A stretch of 64,000 nucleotides of DNA from an uncultured Bacillota bacterium (lineage in GTDB: Bacteria; Bacillota_I; Bacilli_A; RFN20; CAG-288): NCBI GenBank assembly GCA_949300365.1, contig CASGEC010000002.1, positions 4,961 to 68,960 on the forward strand, given 5' to 3'. Within the stretch, counting starts at the first letter, position 1; each line of letters begins with the position of its first letter. Below are positions 35,701 through 42,236 of this stretch, one piece after another. The notes beneath the pieces are model-generated. The model was not told where the DNA came from. It worked only from the letters and a program-made list of their open reading frames with translations, and did not search any database. Made by a program: the position numbers and the translations under genes.

Positions 35701-37115
35701 ACCGCCGCTTGATGCGCTATGAGCCTCTTACCGATGAGGAATTGACAGGGTTTGTCAATAGGCAGCTTGTCATGACCAATCAGTCCGTCAAGGCGGTCTG
35801 CGATGTCCTGAAGTTCATCGATCCTAGGGCAAAGGTCGTTTATTCCAAAGCCTCCGTCGTGAGCGATTTTCGCAAGGCCTTCGAATTGGTCAAGAGTCGT
35901 GACGTCAATGACTTCCATCACGCCCACGATGCCTATCTCAATATCGTCGTCGGAAACGTCTACAACAAGGTCTTCTCTAGTTCCTTCGATGTCGAGCATC
36001 TCAGAAGACTAAAAGAGTATTTTGAAAGCACCAAGATCGACGCAGAACATTTCTTCAAGAGAGATAAGCGACAAACCGGAACGTCGACCCTTGTCTGGAA
36101 GGCGAAGAGGTATGACAAGGATACCAAACTCGAGGACCCAGAATCCCAAGGAACGATTGACCTTGTTAGAGCAAACCTGTTTGACCTTCATGATCCGATG
36201 GTAACGAAGATGCCAAAGACACAGACAACGATGTTCAACAAGACCTCTATCCATCCTAAGGATAACAGTGCTATTCTTCCACTCAAAGCAAGTGGGCCCT
36301 ATGCCAAAGATGGGTTTGCTTTGCAATACGGTGGCTATAATGACTTGAGTGCTCCGGATTTCATGCTTGTGAAGAGTATCATTAAAAACAAGACCATCTT
36401 CTCTTTGGAAAATATACCAACTGTCTATCGCTCACAGTTAAAGGACGAGAAATCCAAGCTGGCATATCTTGCCAAAACGCTTGGATTGAAGAATCCGGAA
36501 ATCATTCTCCCAACCATCAAGATCAATTCCGTTGTCGAGTTCAATAGTCCTGATAATAAGGGAAGAGCAAGAGTGACTATTAACGGGAAATCCGGACAAC
36601 GGATAATTGCTTCGATTGCCTCCCCGTTATGGTTGCCAATCGAATTCGTGAAATATGTCAAATCGCTTTCAGTTTTCTTGGGGACAAATCTTCCTGCAGG
36701 ACTTCCTAAGCCAAGACATGACAATATTCCCGACAATGATGAAGACATCAAGTTTGGAAACATAGTGATTTCCAAGAATGAGAACCAAAAGCTGTTTGCC
36801 TTCCTTTGTGATGATGTCTTCAAGAGGCCGTGCTTTGCTTTCGTACCGGGCGTTGGTTCGACCTTGAAGGCCGTTTCGGATAAGAAGGAATGGTTTACGA
36901 ATCTATCTACCAAAAAGCAAGCGGAAGTTTTGCATCGCCTCATAATACTTTTGCAGAACGAAAATTTGAAAGCTGACTTGGTTTATCTGGGCCTTAGCAA
37001 ACATTCAGGAGTGCTATTTTTTAGTAAGAAATGTCCTCCTCTAACCCGATTCATTGCCCAATCCGTCACTGGGTTCTACGAAAAGATTCTCTTTACTGTC
37101 CCGGCTGAGGAATAG
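32796..37115 (+). CDS. cas9: Cas9, type II-A, 1439 aa
   Basis: RuvC-I GLDIGSDSVGF, Arg-rich bridge helix RRSHRTTRRRYQRRRWR, FRVPYYVGPL, RuvC-II FVECTRE, HNH DYDIDHIIPQ..DSIDNRVLV..NNKKSD, RuvC-III DFHHAHDAYLN. Confidence 0.97.
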   Translation: MSKKSYYYLGLDIGSDSVGFCVTDRDYNIVAKRAVRYRLDGTRYYTRKHLWGSRLFDEASSAADRRSHRTTRRRYQRRRWRLLLLREFFQDEIDKIDPTFFDRLDHSFFLDEDKPDALRGFSIPYPDKRATKQFYKDNKTIYHLRYKLLTEPDYKFDLREIYLAFSHMVKYRGNFLHEGDIHLGSSSCEELKGKFDELDSLLSEMDSEDGEPVELFHLTKEQAEKLYELFKQETRKSVLKEQEKGILPLENNKGLPALLLSLINGTDVKIVDLFPEFKEDEGLKDEKVLFNGDDYEAKTIPLLSSLGDDLKMSLVVKAKEIYDFRILTYLLQGKESISAAMVSSYEKHKRDLKKLKGLMRKYLSHDVYVSFFKKKDAPSYASYIGFNRPNGGKQESSLKHGTSKDDLYKKIRQILPLDLAVSDEDKPILNEIHLEMDKGTFLPRQNSKDNGVLPYQLTFDEMKEIIDRQKKFYPFLAQEDKDFRNPEKTCYKLLSLVSFRVPYYVGPLSEDKGKGCENHWMKRKVEDVKITPWNFFDVVDTSASGEEFIKRMKNVCTYLLNEETLPKNSLLYTEYALLNETNNWLINGKPISQEDKEYLIREVYLKVKKPTKTNLVDALCRKYNAASKNEVRIQTRTAANLEAEDIHANLIPWIDMITIFGKDVLEKPEVREKAEKAIETITVFESRKEKQKKLQELGLGKDEIKKLVNLNYSGWGKLSKSLLDGITTPVVNSQTAEEQDLTIIELMLREPLNLMEIIESKNKFDFRQKIDELNEEGQLTLEDVIESEYVSPGMRRALHQSVKVVQELKKILGIEKEGFDSYFVECTREKSKTPTRTVSRLQKLKNLYDALKVDDKELRESLEEETNETLQKDKLFLYYLQLGKSVYTGMPIGLDNLKDYDIDHIIPQEKLKDDSIDNRVLVEKAINNKKSDSYPIPKDCLTDEGRKQIEVLYSKMVDKNHVLMSSEKYRRLMRYEPLTDEELTGFVNRQLVMTNQSVKAVCDVLKFIDPRAKVVYSKASVVSDFRKAFELVKSRDVNDFHHAHDAYLNIVVGNVYNKVFSSSFDVEHLRRLKEYFESTKIDAEHFFKRDKRQTGTSTLVWKAKRYDKDTKLEDPESQGTIDLVRANLFDLHDPMVTKMPKTQTTMFNKTSIHPKDNSAILPLKASGPYAKDGFALQYGGYNDLSAPDFMLVKSIIKNKTIFSLENIPTVYRSQLKDEKSKLAYLAKTLGLKNPEIILPTIKINSVVEFNSPDNKGRARVTINGKSGQRIIASIASPLWLPIEFVKYVKSLSVFLGTNLPAGLPKPRHDNIPDNDEDIKFGNIVISKNENQKLFAFLCDDVFKRPCFAFVPGVGSTLKAVSDKKEWFTNLSTKKQAEVLHRLIILLQNENLKADLVYLGLSKHSGVLFFSKKCPPLTRFIAQSVTGFYEKILFTVPAEE

Positions 37116-37120
37116 AAACA

Positions 37121-38002
37121 ATGGCCTTTCGCGTTGTCCGAATAACAAGCCGATGTAAGCTGGAAACGCGTTTGAATTATCTTGTCTGCATGAGGGACAA
37201 GGAGACCAAGATTCTTTTGGATGAGATTTCCGTTCTGATCATTGAGACACAGCAGGCGTGTATTACGAATGGACTCATTTCAGAGCTTGTCGGGCACGGA
37301 ATCAAAGTCATATTTTGCGATGGACAACACAATCCCTGTGGGGAAATCGTTCCTTATGCCGGCAGCCAGGACTCCTACAAGAAAATAAAGAGACAAATCC
37401 TTTGGTCCGAGCCAGCCAAGAAGAGCATTTGGGCGAAACTGGTCCGAATGAAGATACATAATCAAGCAAGACTTCTTCTAAAACGAAAGGAAATACAGGC
37501 GGCCCAAACCCTTCAAGGCTATGAGAAGGAAGTCGAATTGGAGGACAAAACCAACAGGGAAGGGTTGGCGGCAAAGGTTTATTTTGCCGCCCTTTTTGGA
37601 AAGACGTTCGATAGACGAAAACCATCCATCCTAGTGAATACCTATTTGGACTATGGCTATTCCATCCTTCTCAGCTTTGTGAATCGAGAGATTGCTGCCT
37701 TTGGCTATTTGCCGCAGATTGGGATACACCACATAGGGGAAACGAACCCTTTCAATCTCGGCTGTGACATCATGGAGCCCTTCCGTCCATTCGTCGATGC
37801 TTTTGTCGTGGATGGGACTGTAAACCAGGAAAACTTCAAGGGACAGTTGCTTTCTTGCTTTGGACTGGAATTGCTTTGCGACGATAGAAAGACCATATTT
37901 GATAATGCTATCCATATATTCGTCCTATCCTTCCTTAAGGCAATGTGTGAGGGAAATCCGAAGATGCTTGTTGACGTGAAATTCCTGGATGAGCAACTAT
38001 AG
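37121..38002 (+). CDS. cas1: CRISPR integrase Cas1
   Basis: 293 aa, directly after cas9. Conserved YLDYGYS and GIHH motifs. Confidence 0.93.
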   Translation: MAFRVVRITSRCKLETRLNYLVCMRDKETKILLDEISVLIIETQQACITNGLISELVGHGIKVIFCDGQHNPCGEIVPYAGSQDSYKKIKRQILWSEPAKKSIWAKLVRMKIHNQARLLLKRKEIQAAQTLQGYEKEVELEDKTNREGLAAKVYFAALFGKTFDRRKPSILVNTYLDYGYSILLSFVNREIAAFGYLPQIGIHHIGETNPFNLGCDIMEPFRPFVDAFVVDGTVNQENFKGQLLSCFGLELLCDDRKTIFDNAIHIFVLSFLKAMCEGNPKMLVDVKFLDEQL

Positions 38003-38312
38003 ATATATGCGAACATTGCTTATGTTCGACCTTCCGACTATAACGTCTACGGAGAGAAGGAACTATCGGCGATTCGTAAAATACATCAAAAGCATAGGCT
38101 TTATCATGTTCCAAGAATCGATATATGTAAAGCTCTCTGTTAATTCAGCCGCCATCGACAGAATGAAGAAAGCGCTGGAAAAGAACCTTCCACCAAAAGG
38201 AATGATCTCCATTTTGACCGTCACGGAGAAGCAATTCGGGGAAATCGAAAACCTTCTTGGGGAATTCACTACGGATATTGTCAACTCGGATGCGAGGTAT
38301 ATTGAATTATGA
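37989..38312 (+). CDS. cas2: Cas2
   Basis: 107 aa with an MFDLPT.. N-terminus. Overlaps the cas1 end. Confidence 0.9.
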   Translation: MSNYRYMRTLLMFDLPTITSTERRNYRRFVKYIKSIGFIMFQESIYVKLSVNSAAIDRMKKALEKNLPPKGMISILTVTEKQFGEIENLLGEFTTDIVNSDARYIEL

Positions 38313-39007
38313 AGTCCATAAGGCATTGTCGAATCGAAAGGGAAATCGTTTTCTCGAATAAAAAAGTTATCAACGTCGCCGTCGAAAATCCTACCTTGCT
38401 TCGCCTGCTCCTAGAGGAGCTGGAAAATCCGGATGATACCTCCTCCTATGCCTTTCACTTCTATTCGGATGACAAGGAACTGCTTTTCGAGAAGAACTGT
38501 GTTTTCATCAAAGACTGCTTCTGCCCGGAAATGGATGAAAAGAAAATCGCTGCTTTCATCCAGAAAGACATCGCTTCGCGAATTTCCGAAGAAGACCAGG
38601 TGCATTTGCAGCGGATAACGAATGAATTCGCTGCTTTGATTTCGGATATTTCATCGGAATATCCAATACCCGTCGAAATCGATTCCGAGACGCCATTCCA
38701 GACATTGCTTAAGGCATTTTCCATCACTCCAATTGGCCGAGGAGACTCCTATCTGGAGACACTGATATTGAGAATACAAGTTCTGGCCTTTGTGTTGAAA
38801 CGGGAATGCTTCATCTTTTACAACTTATTGGATTACCTTACGGAAGAGGAATGGGATTCCTTCTGCAAAGAAATGAGAAGACTCGAGCTTGTCTTTTTCG
38901 TCCTCTCCTCCCACTCCCCTTGTAGGATCTTTCCCAACGAAGCGCTCATTAAAATCGATGAAGACAATTTCCAACTTCAAATTGATTCAGAAGGAGAAAA
39001 TCACTAA
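38309..39007 (+). CDS. csn2: Csn2 (type II-A adaptation protein)
   Basis: 232 aa. Position between cas2 and the array, ATGA-coupled to cas2. Size and pattern fit short Csn2. Confidence 0.8.
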   Translation: MKSIRHCRIEREIVFSNKKVINVAVENPTLLRLLLEELENPDDTSSYAFHFYSDDKELLFEKNCVFIKDCFCPEMDEKKIAAFIQKDIASRISEEDQVHLQRITNEFAALISDISSEYPIPVEIDSETPFQTLLKAFSITPIGRGDSYLETLILRIQVLAFVLKRECFIFYNLLDYLTEEEWDSFCKEMRRLELVFFVLSSHSPCRIFPNEALIKIDEDNFQLQIDSEGENH

Positions 39008-39010
39008 AAT
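38982..39010 (+). promoter_or_regulatory. candidate pre-crRNA (leader) promoter TTGATT-17-TAAAAT
   Basis: -35 at 38982-38987 lies inside the csn2 3' end. -10 at 39005-39010 spans the csn2 stop. The first repeat starts at 39057. Confidence 0.45.
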
Positions 39011-39056
39011 ATAACTGAAATCACAAGAAAACAGCTCAAAAAGTATTGGTTTTGAG

Positions 39057-39686
39057 GTTTGGAAGTATTGTGATTCAAGACTCTTCTTTATCCGCTCCCT
39101 CGTCTTTGACAAAGAGTTTGCGGTTTGGAAGTATTGTGATTCAAGACTCTTCTTTATCAGACGTAGTGACTTCTTCCCAACCCTGGTAGTTTGGAAGTAT
39201 TGTGATTCAAGACTCTTCTTTATCCGTTCTTTTCCTTATCCGGTTAGTGAAAGGGTTTGGAAGTATTGTGATTCAAGACTCTTCTTTATCAAAGATCCGA
39301 ACCGGAGTCGGAAAAAACAAGTTTGGAAGTATTGTGATTCAAGACTCTTCTTTATCGCCAGCACCAAGAAGGGAAGCAAGAAGACCGTTTGGAAGTATTG
39401 TGATTCAAGACTCTTCTTTATCGCCAGCACCAAGAAGGGAAGCAAGAAGACCGTTTGGAAGTATTGTGATTCAAGACTCTTCTTTATCCAACTCGATTTG
39501 TATAATGCAACCAAAGGCGTTTGGAAGTATTGTGATTCAAGACTCTTCTTTATCCTCCATGACATCATGCCTTCCCGTCACTTGGTTTGGAAGTATTGTG
39601 ATTCAAGACTCTTCTTTATCCCATGCCCCGGACTTCGTGACGCAGTCGTAGTTTGGAAGTATTGTGATTCAAGATTTCGTTTACTT
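39057..39686 (+). CRISPR. CRISPR array: 9 identical 36-nt repeats (GTTTGGAAGTATTGTGATTCAAGACTCTTCTTTATC), 1 degenerate terminal repeat and nine 30-nt spacers
   Basis: Repeats start at 39057, 39123, 39189, 39255, 39321, 39387, 39453, 39519, 39585 and 39651, an exact 66-nt period. The last repeat diverges after nt 24. Confidence 0.98.
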
Positions 39687-39924
39687 ATTCCTTCGCGTTT
39701 TTCGTTATTAGAGAGCACTAATTTTTCTTTAGGACTAAAAAGTCGGTTTTTCCGAAAAGCTTTTTGAGGAATGAAACACAAGTTTTTTTGGATATGCCCT
39801 ACTTTAAATAAAGGGGCATGGTGTTTCAAATTTACCAAGTAGTCAAGGATATCCTTCTCGTTGAGGGGAATAAAAATTAGCGGCCTTCCTATCTACTTAG
39901 GAACACAACGTCCTCAAACGGCTT

Positions 39925-40410
39925 CTACTTGACCAGATGGATTCTGTTCTTGTTGAAGACGAGCGTCTTTTCGCATTTGACGAATCCGGCATCGGAATAG
40001 AGCGGACTGTCGATGTGGTCGGTTTCGAGATAGACGCGCCGTAATTCCTTCTTCTTGGCGATGTCGAGCATGTGGTTGAGGATCTTGCCACCGACACCAT
40101 GATGCCGATAGTTTTCCCGGACATAGAGGGAGGAAATCTGACCGCGGCAACCGGTGGGATCAAAGGGTGTCGGTTCCTCGGCCTGGATTATCAAGGAGCC
40201 AAAGCCGATCTCTTGCTTGTCGTCATAGGCGATGCAGGCGGCTTGGGTTCCGTCCTTGAGGGATTTTCTATAATAGGAAAGAAGCTCTTCCTTAAGAGCA
40301 GTTCGGTCAAGGATACCGGACTTTGGAAGCATGGCCTGAAGGTATTCCATCCGCCATGCGACGATGCGAGGCAGATCGTCGAGGGTAGCATCCATTATGA
40401 AAAGATTCAT
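39925..40410 (-). CDS. GNAT acetyltransferase
   Basis: RHHGVGGKIL acetyl-CoA loop. Start set at ATG 40410 (MNLFIMDATLDD), 7 nt after AAGGAG. Confidence 0.75.
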   Translation of the reverse strand: MNLFIMDATLDDLPRIVAWRMEYLQAMLPKSGILDRTALKEELLSYYRKSLKDGTQAACIAYDDKQEIGFGSLIIQAEEPTPFDPTGCRGQISSLYVRENYRHHGVGGKILNHMLDIAKKKELRRVYLETDHIDSPLYSDAGFVKCEKTLVFNKNRIHLVK

Positions 40411-40565
40411 TTTCGCGCTCCTTTTTACGAACGGCCTACTTCTTCGCGACACATTATACCATTCCGGCATTAAAAAGGATTCATATTGTCGCTAAATTCG
40501 ATTGTAAAAAAGTTAGGACAAGTCCTCTATCCTTCTTTTAGGTCTGAAAAAGAAAGCAGAAACGA

Positions 40566-41603
40566 TCAATTAAGCTTCTTCTTGACGAACGAAAAAGCCG
40601 AAGGAATGGCGTAAATTGTGTCGATTTCCGTTTTCGTTGCCCATAGGCCGTTATCGATTGTCGTTTTGGCTTTTAGGAGGACATGATAGGCTCTCATCTC
40701 CCAGACGATATGGGAAAAGACGTGTTTTCCATTGCCGAGGAATGCAACTTTTGATACTGGGAATGCCTTCCTTTCAAGGTATTCCTGGACTTCTTCTTGT
40801 GAAAGCCTTCCTTCGGCGTTTGGAAACTCATAGAGGGAGGCAAGAAGGCCCTTCTCCTTCCTTTTGCGGATGATGAAAAGACCATCCTGTTCGATCAGGA
40901 ATACGGTCAGGAAGACGGATTTCCTTTTGTTTGCGGCTTTCTTTTTGGGGTAGAGAGAAGTCGTCTTGTTTTGATAAGACCGGCAGAAAGAGGAAAGGGG
41001 ACAGGAAGAGCAAAGCGGTTGCTTATTTGGAAGGCAGACAAGCTCCCCAAGATCCATCAAGGCCTGGTTGAAGGAGGAAGGATCCGTCTTTGAAAGCTTA
41101 GTAAGGAAATATTCTCGACAAGCCTTTTTCCTCTCTTTTTCTTCGGTGAGGGAACATTCCGAAAGACGGGAAAAGACACGGATGAGATTCCCGTCCACGG
41201 CGATTGCCTTCCTATGGAAGTAGAGGGCAAGGATGGCATTTGCGGTATATTCCCCGATTCCGGGGAGCGCAAGAAGGCCTTCCATCGTCTCGGGTATGGA
41301 AAAGCTTCTTTCCTTCAATGCCCTTGCTGTCTTAAGGAGGTTCCGGCAGCGGGAATAGTATCCTAATCCCTCCCATAGCTTGAGGACGTCTTCCTCCAAG
41401 GCAAGGGACAAGGCCTTCAGGGTCGGATACCTTTCAAGAAAACGGCTGTAATAGGGAAGGACCTTCTTGACCTGTGTCTGCTGGAGCATGGTCTCGCTTA
41501 TAAGCACTTCATAGAAGGAAGGGTCCTTCTTCCGCCAGGGAAGGAGGCGCTTGTTCTTCTCGTACCAATCGATAAGGAAGCCTTCAAAATCCATGCCTTC
41601 CAT
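40566..41603 (-). CDS. mutY: A/G-specific adenine DNA glycosylase MutY
   Basis: Motifs LPWRK, EVLISETMLQQTQV, HhH-GPD (LPGIGEYTANAI), a 4Fe-4S Cys cluster (C..C..C..C) and a NUDIX-like C-terminus. Confidence 0.9.
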   Translation of the reverse strand: MEGMDFEGFLIDWYEKNKRLLPWRKKDPSFYEVLISETMLQQTQVKKVLPYYSRFLERYPTLKALSLALEEDVLKLWEGLGYYSRCRNLLKTARALKERSFSIPETMEGLLALPGIGEYTANAILALYFHRKAIAVDGNLIRVFSRLSECSLTEEKERKKACREYFLTKLSKTDPSSFNQALMDLGELVCLPNKQPLCSSCPLSSFCRSYQNKTTSLYPKKKAANKRKSVFLTVFLIEQDGLFIIRKRKEKGLLASLYEFPNAEGRLSQEEVQEYLERKAFPVSKVAFLGNGKHVFSHIVWEMRAYHVLLKAKTTIDNGLWATKTEIDTIYAIPSAFSFVKKKLN

Positions 41604-41612
41604 TATAGGCCG

Positions 41613-41648
41613 AAAAAAAGCATCGCCAAGTTCTTTGCCTGGCGATGC
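41613..41648 (-). terminator. intrinsic terminator ending the marR-ABC operon
   Basis: Minus strand reads GCATCGCCA-loop-TGGCGATGC (41620-41648) followed by TTTTTTT (41613-41619). Confidence 0.65.
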
Positions 41649-41675
41649 GGATAATAACCCGTGAAGAAGGAACGT

Positions 41676-42236
41676 CTACTTCTCTTCCTTCAGGGCAAGA
41701 AGGAAGGTCCTTTCGTCGTCGAAGTGGGCAAGAAGGACTTCGATCCGTCCTTCCTTGAGGATTGGTAGGGGAAGGAAGGGAAGAGGGGAGAAGAAGAGGA
41801 CACGGAGACTTGTCTTCCTTCCTTCAAGCTCGACGTCGGCGAGGAAGAAGTCCTCCCCGCCATCGATCGGGCCATCGAAGGAGAAGAGGTTTGACTTGAT
41901 TCCCTTCTCCTCCTGGAAGGAATCCTCCTTGGGATAGATGTCGACCAGGAAGCTTTCCTCAGAGAGCCTGATGAGGTGTTTCTTGATCCAGAGCGCCTTT
42001 CTCAGGAAGAGGAAGAGAAGGACAGCAAAGAGAATCCCGAAGATGATGGAAAGGACATAGCCAAAGCCGCCGACGAAGGCCTTTCCAGGGAAGGAACCAA
42101 GGCCAAGATAGACAGAGAGAAGGATGATTCCGGAAAGGAAGAGGAAGAGAAAGAGGGAGAGAACAAGGATCGTCCATTGGAATCCCTTGACGCGGGTAAA
42201 GTCGATCACGCAATTCCTTTTGTCGTTTTCCATCAT
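41676..42236 (-). CDS. membrane protein (2 TM helices plus a soluble C-terminal domain), unknown function
   Basis: ATGA-coupled to the upstream ABC gene. Hydrophobic helices at residues ~22-45 and ~55-78. Confidence 0.55.
   Translation of the reverse strand: MMENDKRNCVIDFTRVKGFQWTILVLSLFLFLFLSGIILLSVYLGLGSFPGKAFVGGFGYVLSIIFGILFAVLLFLFLRKALWIKKHLIRLSEESFLVDIYPKEDSFQEEKGIKSNLFSFDGPIDGGEDFFLADVELEGRKTSLRVLFFSPLPFLPLPILKEGRIEVLLAHFDDERTFLLALKEEK

Noticed and set aside
39093-39650. Self-targeting: spacers matching the tRNA-Pro element or other parts of this window.
   Set aside because: A visual comparison of the GC-rich spacers with 61967-64000 found no match; the nearest resemblance was a short GACTTCGT(C/G)AC overlap near 62462-62472. 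This is not an exhaustive search, so it should be repeated computationally.
39202-39651. 149-aa plus-strand ORF (and a 110-aa minus-strand ORF) with the reiterated peptide GSIVIQDSSLS.
   Set aside because: It is a translation of the CRISPR repeats. The periodicity equals the 66-nt repeat-spacer unit.
39794-39822. Hairpin ATGCCC-loop-GGGCAT downstream of the CRISPR array, considered as a terminator or second tracrRNA element.
   Set aside because: It has a 14-nt AT-rich loop, no U-tract on either strand and no complementarity to the repeat.
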